Assembly (NCBI GenBank): GCA_040901675.1
Contig: JBBDYJ010000038.1
Span: 1 to 64,000 of the forward strand
DNA length: 64,000 nt
Direction of reading: 5' to 3'
From: Pirellulales bacterium
Lineage (GTDB): Bacteria > Planctomycetota > Planctomycetia > Pirellulales > JAICIG01
Shown here: piece after piece, positions 39,489 to 49,769 of the stretch
Layout: each line of letters begins with the position of its first letter
Numbering within the stretch: position 1 is the stretch's first letter
Notes under the pieces: generated by a model
What the model saw: only the letters and a program-made list of their open reading frames with translations
Told to the model about the DNA's origin: nothing
Database searches by the model: none
Position numbers and translations under genes: made by a program

Positions 39489-41870
39489 CTATCCCGCTTC
39501 GCCCTCGACGACGTCGGCCGCGTGGGCGTGCTGGATCGCCTCTTCCGTGCTGGCCGGATCCACCTGGCGGCAACTCGCCGTCAACTGTTCGGCCAGGTCG
39601 GCCAGCCACGAGCGCCATTCATCCGCGCTGGTGTGGGCGGGGCAGACGGCCGAGAACTCCTCGCACAGCAGGATCAGCCGCAGCAGGTGCCGGAAGATCA
39701 GCCCTTCCTGCTTGGTAAGGTCGCGCGCCCGGATGAAGTTGTTGAAGTTGCCGCCGAACGTCAGCAACTCGCCCGCTGCCCATACCGCCTGCGTGTACAC
39801 GTCGTCCACGCCGGGCAATTGGGCATCGAACAACAGCCGCAGCTTCTCCGCCAGCAGCGGCGGCCGCTCGAAATCTTCTCCGCGGCGGTCGTCTTCGGCC
39901 CAATCCTCTTCGTCCGCATCCGGCGGCCGCACAGCGGCGATCAGGCCCCGCCGCACCAGCTCGCTGTCCAATCGCTCGGTGGCCAAGGGGCCGGCCGGCA
40001 GGTCGAATGGCACGCGGACGTAGCGGAGGATCGGCCCCGGCAATCCCAGCACGCTTTCCAGCGCCTGGATCCGCTCCGCGGTGTCCGCAATGCCCAACTG
40101 ATCCAGCAAGAACGCCCCGTACAACGGATTCACGCTGCGAAACACCAGCAGCTTGTCCAACGCCGGCGTCGCCCTGGCCAGCTCGGGTGAATAGCGCGGC
40201 ACGGGCGGCGGAGCAGTGTCGGCCGACTTCGGTTGCTGGCCGAAGTGGCCGAACAACAACCCGCGCGATGCCGTTTCGTTCTTGAAAGATTGTCCGGCCG
40301 CTGGTAGTCCCGCGGCTGGTAGTCCCACCGCTGGCTCACCCGGAGGAGGCGGCGCGGGCTCGAGCTCGACATACCCGGCGGCCGCCATGGTGAGCAGCAT
40401 CTGGTCCAACGCCCGCTCGCCCGCCTTGACCCGCGGCTCGTCCATCAATCGCTTGCGCACCAGGCCGCGGATGCGCGAGACCTCGGGCGACAACTGCAGC
40501 ATGTAGGCCAGCAGCCGCCATGGCAGCGGCCCCTTGCTGTAGAGCTTTCCCGGCGGGGCCGTCTTGAGCTTTTCGAACTGGGCCTCGTTCCAGTACTGCA
40601 CGTTCTCACGCCGCGTGGGCCGCTTCTTTTTCAGGGCCTTCTTGGCCTTGAGCAGACCGAGGTCCTTGGTGTCTTCCGGGATGGCGTCGTATTTTTCCTT
40701 CCAGCGGAGGATCTTCACGTCGTCCTCGTGCGCCAGGACATACACGTAGCCCTGGTTGTCGAACTGGGGCCTCCCCGCGCGCCCGAAGATCTGGTGGGCC
40801 GTGCTGGGGTCGATCAGCTTCTGCTCGCCGCGTGGCCCCTTCACCAGCGACGTCAGCACCACCGAGCGCGCCGGCAGGTTGATCCCCGCGGCCAGCGTCT
40901 CGGTGCACATCGTCACGGCCAGCAGCTTCCGCTGGAACAAGTCTTCGACCACCCGGCGGTACTTGGGCAGCAGTCCGGCATGGTGTACGCCCACGCCCCG
41001 GTGCAGGAGTTGCCTGAGCTTCGAGCCGACCCCCTGCGACCAATCGAGCGCGTTGACCTCCGCGATCACCTGGCTGCGTTCCGGCTCGGACGTGAGATGG
41101 CAGCCCTTGAGCTGTTCGGCGATGGCCCAGCACTCGTCGCGGTTGAAACAGAACACCAGGGCCGGAGTCTTGCGGCTCTCAGCGTCTCCCTTGGCCATCA
41201 GCGTCAATTGCTCGTTCAACAGCTCGTCGGGCACCCATTGGTACGTGAGCGGCACGCGGCGCTCGGTCCCCTCGACCAGTTCCAGCTTGCGGCCATGGCA
41301 GCGGTCGAGCCAGCTCAGGAACTCCTTGGAGTTGCCCACGGTGGCCGAGAGCAGCATGAGCCGCACCTGCGGCGGCAGCATACCCAGCGACAGCTCCCAG
41401 ACGATTCCCCGCTGCGGGTCGGCGAAGCTGTGGAACTCGTCCATGACCACCGACGACACCTGGCTGAAATCGAAGGCTTCCGTGTGCAGCAGGCGGTTTA
41501 ACAGAATCTCCGCCACGACCACCAGCACGCGCGCCCGTGGGTTGACCCGCCGGTTGCCGGTGACCAGCCCCACGTCGTCAGGCCGGAAGCCCCAGCGCAC
41601 CGCCGCCGCCTGCATCTCGCTGAACTTCTGCTCGGTCAGCGCGATCAGCGGCGTGGTGTAGTAAGCGATCTGCCCGGTGTGCAGCGCCTCGAACAGGGCC
41701 GCTTCGGCGATCAGCGTCTTGCCCGTGCCGGTTGGCGCGCACACCAACAGCCCCCGATCGCTGGTGAACCAGGTCAGCAGCGCCTCTTCCTGGAGCGGGT
41801 AAGGCGGGTACGGCAACGCAGCCAGGTACTGCTCGGCCAGTTCATCTCGGGCCGGCACGGCAATGGTCAT
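39489..41870 (-). CDS. Ski2-like DEAD/DEAH box helicase
   Basis: APTGTGKT, DEFH, LLSAT, HHAGLLP, TETLAAGINLPAR, QIFGRAGR. Confidence 0.92.
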   Translation of the reverse strand: MTIAVPARDELAEQYLAALPYPPYPLQEEALLTWFTSDRGLLVCAPTGTGKTLIAEAALFEALHTGQIAYYTTPLIALTEQKFSEMQAAAVRWGFRPDDVGLVTGNRRVNPRARVLVVVAEILLNRLLHTEAFDFSQVSSVVMDEFHSFADPQRGIVWELSLGMLPPQVRLMLLSATVGNSKEFLSWLDRCHGRKLELVEGTERRVPLTYQWVPDELLNEQLTLMAKGDAESRKTPALVFCFNRDECWAIAEQLKGCHLTSEPERSQVIAEVNALDWSQGVGSKLRQLLHRGVGVHHAGLLPKYRRVVEDLFQRKLLAVTMCTETLAAGINLPARSVVLTSLVKGPRGEQKLIDPSTAHQIFGRAGRPQFDNQGYVYVLAHEDDVKILRWKEKYDAIPEDTKDLGLLKAKKALKKKRPTRRENVQYWNEAQFEKLKTAPPGKLYSKGPLPWRLLAYMLQLSPEVSRIRGLVRKRLMDEPRVKAGERALDQMLLTMAAAGYVELEPAPPPPGEPAVGLPAAGLPAAGQSFKNETASRGLLFGHFGQQPKSADTAPPPVPRYSPELARATPALDKLLVFRSVNPLYGAFLLDQLGIADTAERIQALESVLGLPGPILRYVRVPFDLPAGPLATERLDSELVRRGLIAAVRPPDADEEDWAEDDRRGEDFERPPLLAEKLRLLFDAQLPGVDDVYTQAVWAAGELLTFGGNFNNFIRARDLTKQEGLIFRHLLRLILLCEEFSAVCPAHTSADEWRSWLADLAEQLTASCRQVDPASTEEAIQHAHAADVVEGEAG

Positions 41871-42044
41871 GTGCCTATCGTAGCAGGGACCCCTGGAGGA
41901 GTTAAACGCCCTCCGGCTGCTCTTCCCCTTCCCCCGATAGCGGGTGCTGCGACGAGACCGCGAGTCGCTACGGCACCCGTTTTGCACCCTTGAATGGAGA
42001 ACGGGAACGGTTACCGAACTTCACTTCTCGGAAGGAGGCATGTC

Positions 42045-43031
42045 ATGTCAATGCGACTGGTGACTTTCTCACTCTGCTTGGCCCTGTGCGCCGGCGGCTC
42101 GGCCGCCTTGGGCCAACGAGCGGCCGATGACCAACCGAGTGCCGCGGCCGACGAACAACGCACAAAAAAGCAGGCCCGGCAAGACGACGCTGAAGACACC
42201 CAGGCCGCGATGCACCGGGCGGCCAGGATCAGCAAGATCATGGGCATGAAGGTGGTCAACACGGCCGGCGAAGAGCTGGGCACCGTCGACGACCTGATGC
42301 TCGACCTGAGGATGGACGGAGGCATCCGGTACGCGGCCTTGTCGTACGGTGGCTTCCTGGGGCTTGGCGACAAGCTGTTCGCGGTGCCCTGGAAGGCCTT
42401 CGAGTATGCAGTCGATGAGGACGAGGAGCACCTCGTGCTGGATATCAACGAGGAGCGGCTCAAGAAATCTCCGGGTTTCGACAAGGACGCCTGGCCCGAC
42501 TTCGCCGACCCGAAATGGTCGTCCGAAGTCGACGTCTACTTCAACAACGAGTCGGATACCGCCGCCGGCACCACCGCGCCCGCGGACCGCAGCAGGCGTG
42601 CCCGCGACGACGAGGCCCGCGAAAGCGCCTATCCACTGGTCCACCGGGCCAGCAAGGTGGTCGATATGGAAGCCCGGTCCGGCGATGGAGAGCAGCTCGG
42701 CAAGATCGACGACCTGGTCGTGGATACCAAGAGCGGCAAGTTGAGGTACGCCGCGCTCTCCTTTGGCGGTTTCCTGGGCGTGGGCGACAAGCTGTTTGCC
42801 ATTCCTTGGGAGGCGTTCAAAATCGGATACGATCCGGACGACGATAAGTACTACCTCACCGTCTTGGACCTGACCGAGGAGCAGCTCAAGAATGCACCGG
42901 GCTTCGATAAAGACCGCTGGCCCGACTTCGCCGACCCGCAATGGTCCGTCGACATCGACGAGTACTACAAAAGCGATGCCGAGAAGCGTCCTCTTGGCGC
43001 GGCGCGGCCCAAGGAGACCACGCAGCAGTAG
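42045..43031 (+). CDS. Secreted protein with two PRC-barrel domains
   Basis: Signal peptide and two repeats of G.IDDL..D..G..RYAALS.GGFLG.GDKLFA.PW...PGFDKD.WPDFADP. AAGGAGG RBS. Confidence 0.9.
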   Translation: MSMRLVTFSLCLALCAGGSAALGQRAADDQPSAAADEQRTKKQARQDDAEDTQAAMHRAARISKIMGMKVVNTAGEELGTVDDLMLDLRMDGGIRYAALSYGGFLGLGDKLFAVPWKAFEYAVDEDEEHLVLDINEERLKKSPGFDKDAWPDFADPKWSSEVDVYFNNESDTAAGTTAPADRSRRARDDEARESAYPLVHRASKVVDMEARSGDGEQLGKIDDLVVDTKSGKLRYAALSFGGFLGVGDKLFAIPWEAFKIGYDPDDDKYYLTVLDLTEEQLKNAPGFDKDRWPDFADPQWSVDIDEYYKSDAEKRPLGAARPKETTQQ

Positions 43032-43063
43032 CCGTGGCGCGTAAGCGGCACGTAAGGGGCAAC

Positions 43064-43108
43064 AAAAAAGCTGGCTGGAGCGGCCTGCTCCAGCCGGCTT
43101 GTTTTTCT
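43064..43108. terminator. Bidirectional rho-independent terminator
   Basis: A-run, AAGCTGGCTGGAGC/GCTCCAGCCGGCTT stem, T-run, between convergent genes. Confidence 0.8.
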
Positions 43109-43123
43109 TATCGCAACTACGTC

Positions 43124-43171
43124 TTGTCTCTATAGCAACGTTGTCTCTATGGCAACGTCTCTATAGCAACG
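43124..43171. repeat. Three tandem copies of TCTCTAT[A/G]GCAACG
   Basis: Seen directly, just downstream of the DUF1501 stop. Confidence 0.8.
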
Positions 43172-43176
43172 CTGTT

Positions 43177-44571
43177 CTACACCAGGCCGGCAATCGGCTC
43201 CGCCCCCGTGGCCGCCTCGATGACCTCGTTGGGCATGCCGCGCATCGTCCGCAGCTCGCCCGGATCGACCAGCGTGTGCAGAATCGTCGCCACCAGGTTC
43301 TTGATCCCAAACGGCTGGCTCAACGGCTCGCCCGCGTCGCGCGTCGATTGCCCGATCACCTGCCCCATCTGAAGGCCGCCGCCCGCCAGCAACAGGGGCG
43401 CCAGGCTGCCCCAGTGGTCGCGGCCCCCCTTGTTGTTGATCCGCGGCGTGCGTCCCATCTCGCCCGAGCAGACCAGCAGGATCTTTTCGCTGAGGCCGCG
43501 GGCCGCCACGTCCTCCAGGAACGCCGACACGGCGTGATCCAGCGGCAGGCCCATGTAGCGCATCCCTTCCTCGACGCCCGCGTTGTTTACGTCGGCGTGC
43601 ATGTCCCAGACAAAGCTGGTGGTCACCGTCACAAAGCCGCAACCCGCCTCGCACAGCCGCCGCGCCAACAGCAGCAGCTTGCCCAGCGACTTGGCGTTGT
43701 CGACGTAGTGGTTGTAGTTGTTCCACTCGCGGCTGATCTGGTCCGGCCGCACCAGGGGCGCCGTGTCGTACCGCTCGACCAGCCGCGGATCCTCCTTCGA
43801 TAAGTCGAAGGCGCCGGCCACGCCGCCCAACAGCGTGCTGAAGGCCTGCTGGCGGATGCTGTCCAGGCCCTGCAGGGCTCCCCCGGCGTCCAGGCTCCAG
43901 CGGACACGGTCGAGCTCGGCCAGCAGCGCGCGTCGGTCTCCGAGCCGCTCCACCGGCAGCTTCAGCTCCAGGTCCTGCTGCATTCCGCCGCCGGCTCCGG
44001 GCACAAACGGTGCATAACCGCTGCCCAGGCCGCCCGTGGCGTCGAACCGTCCGAACGCCGTCAGCGGCGGCTGCGTGCTGGGATCGACCGCCTGCGGAAA
44101 CAAGGCCGCGTTGGTCGGCATGCCGCTCAGCGGGTCGTTGGCGCCGGCCACGCGGGAGTACAGCGAGCCGAGATTGGCGCCGAACGTGTCGCGGCCCACG
44201 ATCGGCTTGATGTCGTGGTTGCCGTCGCCCGTGACGTACGAGCGGATCACGGCGACCCGGTCGGCCAGCCGGGCCAACCTGGGGAAGCTGCCACCGAACG
44301 TGATGCCGGGAATCGTGGTCGACACTTCGCCCGTCGCGCTGCGCACGTCGGCTGGGGCGGTGAGCTTCGGATCGAACGTTTCGATCTGGCTGGGCCCGCC
44401 CTGCAGGAACAGAAAGATCACCGACTTGCCCGTGATCGGCGGCAAGCCCTGGGCCGCGCCCGCCCTGCCCGCCATCCAGGCCGGCAGCGACAAGCCGCCC
44501 AGCGTCAGACCGCCGATGCGCAGGAACTCACGCCGCCCACGTCGCCGATTCGCATCCGACACTCTGAGCAT
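43177..44571 (-). CDS. DUF1501 domain protein
   Basis: Tat-like RREFLRIG, VIFLFLQGGPSQIETFDPK, LLARRLCEAG, WDMH, GEMGRTPRIN, GRDHW. Confidence 0.92.
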   Translation of the reverse strand: MLRVSDANRRRGRREFLRIGGLTLGGLSLPAWMAGRAGAAQGLPPITGKSVIFLFLQGGPSQIETFDPKLTAPADVRSATGEVSTTIPGITFGGSFPRLARLADRVAVIRSYVTGDGNHDIKPIVGRDTFGANLGSLYSRVAGANDPLSGMPTNAALFPQAVDPSTQPPLTAFGRFDATGGLGSGYAPFVPGAGGGMQQDLELKLPVERLGDRRALLAELDRVRWSLDAGGALQGLDSIRQQAFSTLLGGVAGAFDLSKEDPRLVERYDTAPLVRPDQISREWNNYNHYVDNAKSLGKLLLLARRLCEAGCGFVTVTTSFVWDMHADVNNAGVEEGMRYMGLPLDHAVSAFLEDVAARGLSEKILLVCSGEMGRTPRINNKGGRDHWGSLAPLLLAGGGLQMGQVIGQSTRDAGEPLSQPFGIKNLVATILHTLVDPGELRTMRGMPNEVIEAATGAEPIAGLV

Positions 44572-44697
44572 GCCATTACCCTCTCGAAGCGGAAGTGGCT
44601 GGTGACCCGCGGCTTGGCACCTCCTTGATATCAGAATCGGTTGATGCGTGCAACGGTTTTGACCCCGTTTGCCGCCTCGCGCTGGCTTTCCACACGG

Positions 44698-45891
44698 CTA
44701 TCTGCCGGCCGCCAGGAACTTGATGCAGACCGGCTTGGGCACGTCGATCGAATGGCCGGTCGGCTCCAGCTCGCCGCTGGCGGGCTCGATGCGAAAAACG
44801 ACGATGTTGTCCGACTCCTGGTTGGCCGCCAACAGGTACGAGCCCGTCGGGTCGATCGAAAAGTTGCGGGGCGTCTTGCCGCCCGTCGGCTGCTGGCCCC
44901 TCGACTTCAGGCGGCCCGTGTCCGCATCGACCGAAAAGATCGCGATGCTGTCGTGACCCCGGTTCGATCCATAGACGAACTTGCCCGATGGGTGTACCTG
45001 CACTTCAGCCGTAGAGTTGGCGGGCGTGTAATCTTCTGGCAAAGTCGAAATCGTTTGAGTCGCCTCGAGCACGCCGCGGTTGGCGTCGTAGGCCAGCGCG
45101 GTCACGGTCGAAGCCAGCTCGTTGATCACGTAGGCCCACCGGCCCGACGGATGGAACGCGAAGTGCCTCGGTCCCGCGCCATCCGCAACCGACGCCGAGG
45201 GCGGGTTGTTGGGCACCAGCTTGGCGCTGGCGGCGTCGAACTTGTACACCAGCACCTTGTCCAAACCCAGGTCGGCGGCAAAGGCGAACTGGTTGGCCGG
45301 GTCGAGGTTGATCGAGTGGGCGTGCGGCCCTTCCTGCCGCTGCGGGTTGACGCTCTTGCCTTCGTGCCGGATGGCGCTGGCCGCTTTCGCCAGCCGCCCG
45401 TCGGACCCGATCGGCAGCGAGGCCACGCTGCCGCCGCCGTAATTGGCCACCAGCACCGCCTTGCCCGACGCATCGACGACCAGGTGGCACGGCCCGCTCC
45501 CTTCGGAAGGCTGCTGGTTGAGCAGCTTCAGGCGGCCCGTCTCGGCTTCGATCGAAAAGGCGCTCACCCCGCCGGTCTTCTTGCCGTCCAGCTCGCTGAT
45601 CTCGCTGACCGCGTACAAAAAGGGGCGGTTCGGGTGCAGTGCCACGAACGACGGGTTGCTGGTGGCGGCCGCCAGCTCGGGCGCCGTCAGGCTGCCGTCA
45701 GCCAGGTCGAGCCGGCTGGTATAGATTCCTTCGCTCGCACCTCCCGTGTACGTGCCGATATACAGCCGCAGTGTTCCTTCTTTCCCATCGCCGTTCTCCA
45801 CCTGTCCCTCCCAGGCGTGTGTGTTAAATGCCGAGCAAAGCACGATCACGGCCAGCGACGTGCGAAAACCGAGCCGGCAGCGTCGAATCAT
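44698..45891 (-). CDS. Lactonase family protein (6-phosphogluconolactonase-like beta-propeller)
   Basis: LYIGTYT, NPSFVALHP, GPCH, VANYGGG, PHAH, DLGLDKV, GPRHF, SNRGHDS, TPRNF. Start uncertain. Confidence 0.9.
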   Translation of the reverse strand: MIRRCRLGFRTSLAVIVLCSAFNTHAWEGQVENGDGKEGTLRLYIGTYTGGASEGIYTSRLDLADGSLTAPELAAATSNPSFVALHPNRPFLYAVSEISELDGKKTGGVSAFSIEAETGRLKLLNQQPSEGSGPCHLVVDASGKAVLVANYGGGSVASLPIGSDGRLAKAASAIRHEGKSVNPQRQEGPHAHSINLDPANQFAFAADLGLDKVLVYKFDAASAKLVPNNPPSASVADGAGPRHFAFHPSGRWAYVINELASTVTALAYDANRGVLEATQTISTLPEDYTPANSTAEVQVHPSGKFVYGSNRGHDSIAIFSVDADTGRLKSRGQQPTGGKTPRNFSIDPTGSYLLAANQESDNIVVFRIEPASGELEPTGHSIDVPKPVCIKFLAAGR

Positions 45892-45994
45892 GGTGCGTTG
45901 TAGAACGGAATTCATTCCGTTTCCTCCTGTTTTCGTTTCCTCTGCGTTTGGATTCCCCACGTACAACCGAATTCACTTTCCTTCTGCCTTCACC

Positions 45995-46080
45995 CCGGGT
46001 GCCTGGCGGCAAAGCGGACTTCGGACTTCGGCGAGCTCAGTCGAGTCGCGAGCTCAGTCGAGTCGTAGCGTGCCCCAGTC
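45995..46080 (+). repeat. Palindromic repeat with a nested 48-bp insert
   Basis: Arms match 30700-30737; the insert at 46015-46062 is the reverse complement of 37138-37185. Confidence 0.85.
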
Positions 46081-46129
46081 CTCGTCCGTCTGGTTCCTCC
46101 TTCCTCCGTCATCCTTCCTCCTTCTGCCT

Positions 46130-47329
46130 TCATCCTTTCGTCCCCCCTTCCCCCGCTCCCCCCTTCCCCCCTTCCTCCTTCTTCCTTCCCACCCCGAACT
46201 GGTCGCCGGCCCGAACCGGCCGGCCATCTTCAAAAACGATCTCCAGCATCTTTTCGCTCTGCACGTCCTGGCCGGTCTCATCTTTCAACTGGGCCACAAT
46301 CTGGCGCGTCTCCCGATTGATGACGTCGCCGGTCGAAGGGTAAACGTAACGCCCGTCGATGCTGAACGTTACCCAGCCAGGCTGGTCGCGCAGGGCCACG
46401 CTGCCAACGGGCATGGGCGGCATCCGCGTGGCGTCGAAGATGTGCAATCGGCTATTGGCCGCGTCGGTCAGCCACAGTTCCTGCTCGTCGGGCGTCAGTC
46501 CGATGCCGTGGCTGGGGCAGCCGTGCCGCTTGGTCGGTCCCTTCTCATATCCCTGCACCTCGACCCGGTGCAGCATCCGACCGCTTTCGATATCGCCGAT
46601 TTCGAACCCCAGCAGGTCGTTCACGTTCACGTAGCACCGCCGCTGCCGGCCATCGACCGTGAACGGCCGCACGCTGGCGCTGAACGGCCCCACCGTCGCC
46701 CGGACCGTATGGCTGCTCGTGTCGGCCACGCTCAAGAGCGGCGACTTGAGTCCCGCCAGGTAGGCCCGCGACCCGTCGAGGCCGTACACCGTGTTGTGGG
46801 CCCCCGAGTCGGTGACCACCTTGTGGAGCACGTCGCCCGTGGCGGCATCGACGACCAGCCAGTGCGGTCCCTCCAGCGAAGGCAGGTAAATAATGTCGCC
46901 GGCCGGCGCGATGGCCATCCGGTCGCAGCCGCCTTCGTACTTTTTCTCCCAGAGAATCTGTTCGGTCACCAGGTCGAGGCACATCAACTGCGCGATGGTG
47001 CTGATATAGATCCGTCCCGTGGCCGCATTGGCGCAGACGCCCTTGACGTTCAGCGGCTTGCCGTCCGGATCGAGGCCGGCCGTGGCGATCCGCTTGACGA
47101 AGCGGTGCCCCCGGTCGATATCGAACACCAGCAGCCCATGGCCCCCGTATTCCAGGTAGTTGCGAATGCCGGGCGTGGCCACGTACAACCGCCGCGCCGG
47201 TTCGGCGGCCCCGGCGGCGGCGCCCGGCCGGTCGAACGCCACCCAGGCCGCCAGCAGCCCCATGATCAGCAGCGACAAGCGGAACAAGCGGAGGGTCTTC
47301 AATTTTGGGCTCCGTCGATTGGGCTTCAC
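46130..47329 (-). CDS. YncE-like secreted beta-propeller protein
   Basis: Signal-like N-terminus, GCDRMAI, GAHNT, SVRPFT, PSHGIGLTPD, QPGWVTFS, SEKMLEI. Start uncertain. Confidence 0.75.
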   Translation of the reverse strand: MKPNRRSPKLKTLRLFRLSLLIMGLLAAWVAFDRPGAAAGAAEPARRLYVATPGIRNYLEYGGHGLLVFDIDRGHRFVKRIATAGLDPDGKPLNVKGVCANAATGRIYISTIAQLMCLDLVTEQILWEKKYEGGCDRMAIAPAGDIIYLPSLEGPHWLVVDAATGDVLHKVVTDSGAHNTVYGLDGSRAYLAGLKSPLLSVADTSSHTVRATVGPFSASVRPFTVDGRQRRCYVNVNDLLGFEIGDIESGRMLHRVEVQGYEKGPTKRHGCPSHGIGLTPDEQELWLTDAANSRLHIFDATRMPPMPVGSVALRDQPGWVTFSIDGRYVYPSTGDVINRETRQIVAQLKDETGQDVQSEKMLEIVFEDGRPVRAGDQFGVGRKKEEGGKGGAGEGGTKG

Positions 47330-47457
47330 GAGCGATTGAGCTTGAGTCCTGGAACAGCGGTGCCAGCATACCATGCCGGAAGCGCCGTTTCACGCTTCTT
47401 CCGGTTCTGTCCCATCGGTTTGCAACCCGGTAGAATAATCGCGAGCTCGTGAACCCA

Positions 47458-47643
47458 ATGCAGGATGAAGCCGCGTACATCTGCGACTCTTGTGGCGAAG
47501 AGATCGTGGTGCCCCTCGACGTATCGGCTGGCTCGACCCAGGAGTACGTCGAGGACTGCCCGGTTTGCTGCCGGCCCAACGTCATCCACGCCGAAGTCGA
47601 CGAGGAGGGGAATGTCCGCGTCTGGGCTGAAGCGGAACACTGA
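47458..47643 (+). CDS. CPXCG-motif cysteine-rich small protein
   Basis: CDSCGEEI...QEYVEDCPVCCRP. Confidence 0.85.
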   Translation: MQDEAAYICDSCGEEIVVPLDVSAGSTQEYVEDCPVCCRPNVIHAEVDEEGNVRVWAEAEH

Positions 47644-47779
47644 GCAATATGTCATGACGCGTTGCACTGTGCCACTGCTTGAAGGCTGCCGCGCATACGC
47701 GGCGGCCGCGAAGCAGTGCCGTCGTCGTGTCGCATGGATGATTTGGCCGATGTGCCGGCGTCAGCCGGCCCAGCCCCAG

Positions 47780-47849
47780 CGGGGCGAAAGTCAATAGCCG
47801 GGCGGCGTAAGCCCCCGGCAGCGTGCCACCAACACCGTCGTAGGCCCCG
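47780..47849 (+). repeat. REPIN-like element, direct repeat of 56322-56390
   Basis: CGGGGCGAAAGTCAATAGCCGGGCGGCGTAAGCCCCCGGCAGCGTGCCACCAACACCGTCGTAGGCCCCG. Confidence 0.75.
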
Positions 47850-48195
47850 AAGTGGGCGACAGCGATCGTCCACGCAGATTACGTGGCACGCGATCGCTCA
47901 TCCCGCCGACCGCGAGCAGCCAATCTTTTCCGGCGTGCGCAGCAGCCCCCCGGTCTGCACACGGATTCACGGTGGCGGCCTCAGCCGCGGCGACCGGTCG
48001 GTCAAGCGCCATCCACGCCGCGAGCACCCCCGTAGACGAGCACGTTTCCCGCCAATCCCCCCGCCACGCCCACTTCAGTGGGTGATCCGCAGTGCGGCGG
48101 GGCGCGCAAGCCAAACAGAACACTGGGCATATACACTATCCCCTATTTAATGCAGGCCAGGTTTTTATTATTGTCAGCTTCCTGCGGGGATCAGC

Positions 48196-48582
48196 ATGGC
48201 TTGGCAGCCCTCCAGCCGCGATTGGGCCGATGCCTGGACCAGCATGAACCCTTGGCATAGCGAGGGTCGCGTCCCCGCGCCCCTTGCGAAGCCCCGAAAG
48301 CGGCCCCTTGCGGAGGCACTGTGGCGGACGCTAGCCACACCGATTGTCGACCGTTTCCAGTTGGTCATCGGGCCGCGCAGAGTCGGCAAGACGGTAGCGA
48401 TGTACCGGAAAACGTTTTACGACGAGAGGTGGCCGCTCCGCATTATCGCCACTTCGAGTGCCACCGCCGCGCTGCGGGAAGGCCGACTGGAAACTGCCAA
48501 GCATTTCCTCCCGCTCAAGCAGCGTCACGCCGACCCGCTTCAAGCTATCGACGAAGATACTTATGCCAAAGTGGTATACTAA
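48196..48582 (+). pseudogene. Internally deleted AAA ATPase (AAA_14-like) remnant
   Basis: NPW and VIGPRRVGKT (Walker A) run directly into IIATSSA with no Walker B; only 128 aa. Confidence 0.7.
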
Positions 48583-48685
48583 TTCCTCAGCGAAGGTCAT
48601 GGCTTCCTCGTCGCGTGGACAGCTCGATCCGATGGCGGCTCGTGTTGCAGCATGAGATGCCGGCCAACTCTCTCCCCGGTGCCCT

Positions 48686-49027
48686 ATGCCCAACTATGAG
48701 GACATGGAAGAACGTGAACGCCCCACCGGCCGCTCCGACATCCCTACGCCTTCTGAGCTGTCCGAGTTCCTGCATCTCGTCCGCTTCTTCGTGCTACTAC
48801 TGATCGCATTGATTCTTCTGGCTGCGTGTGCTCTGCTTCCGATCGTGGTAGCCGAGAAGGCGTCCCCCTGGCTAGGGCTGGTTATGGCAGCAGGCGGCTT
48901 CTGGGTGTGGAGCCGCTTCGGCCCTCGACCGGGGCCGGGGTTGGTGCCAGGCGCGCTTTGCGTCAGCGGCTTCGCCGCTATCGTCGTATCATTCGTGACG
49001 TGTGCGGTTCTCGCCGTTCGTGGCTGA
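48686..49027 (+). CDS. Small membrane protein
   Basis: 113 aa with three hydrophobic helices. Confidence 0.5.
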   Translation: MPNYEDMEERERPTGRSDIPTPSELSEFLHLVRFFVLLLIALILLAACALLPIVVAEKASPWLGLVMAAGGFWVWSRFGPRPGPGLVPGALCVSGFAAIVVSFVTCAVLAVRG

Positions 49028-49402
49028 CTCGGCTGCGCGCCGCTGCCGTTCCTCCTTCCAGCGGCGATACTCCCGCTCGTTCGGCTCTTTCGCAGGCTGC
49101 AACGCGGGTAGAATCATCCCGGCCGCGGCAACCAGAAGCAACACGCCGGCGATCCAACGTAGTTTCATGGTCCACATTCTAACCCCCCTGCCACCACCGG
49201 CGCACAAAAACGCGCCCTCTTCGCGATTATGACCGCATTCAACAGACCGCTGCAACCCCCGCGGCCTGGGAACGATTGTGCCACAAAACCTGCGTCATTC
49301 CTCCATGCTTCTCTTTGTCCGTCTTCGTGTTCCTCGTGATCTTGGTGGTTTCTTCTTCTTCGTTTCTTTGTCTTTGCGTCTTCACGCCTTTGCGAGAGAA
49401 CG

Positions 49403-49729
49403 CTAAACGAACAGAAAAGCGCTGGCCAGGATTCCCAGCAGCCATGGCCAGTGCCGAAACGGCACGAAGAACAACGAATGAGCCGGCCGCAGCGTCACTT
49501 CCTCGCCCGTTTCGACATCGATCAGGACGCGGCCCGTCTCTCGGTTCACGGACCTCGCCGCCACCCAGACGATCGACGCGGCCGTGAGCAGTCCAGCGGC
49601 CTTGGGCCAGCCGTGCTCCTGGTAATACCTGTCGTCGTCGAGAGCTGCCTCAACAGTAAACTCGGCGAGCAGCAGGCATCCGAACGTGATGACCGCGATC
49701 CAGAAGCCCTTTCCGCTCCAAATGATCAT
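49403..49729 (-). CDS. Conserved-looking small membrane protein
   Basis: MIIWSGKG, YYQEHGWPK, RVLIDVETGEEV, HSLFFVP. Confidence 0.7.
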   Translation of the reverse strand: MIIWSGKGFWIAVITFGCLLLAEFTVEAALDDDRYYQEHGWPKAAGLLTAASIVWVAARSVNRETGRVLIDVETGEEVTLRPAHSLFFVPFRHWPWLLGILASAFLFV

Positions 49730-49769
49730 GAATCGGCCTCTGTCGCGCTGCCGGGGCCGGGATGGGAAT

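Noticed and set aside
42005..42014. GAACGGTTAC matching the IS66 IR tip
   Set aside because: Only 10 bp, with no partner or transposase; compatible with chance.
48989..49177. Short ORF with MILPALQPAKE resembling a DUF1559 leader
   Set aside because: Too short and it overlaps a convergent gene; cannot be supported beyond a vague resemblance.
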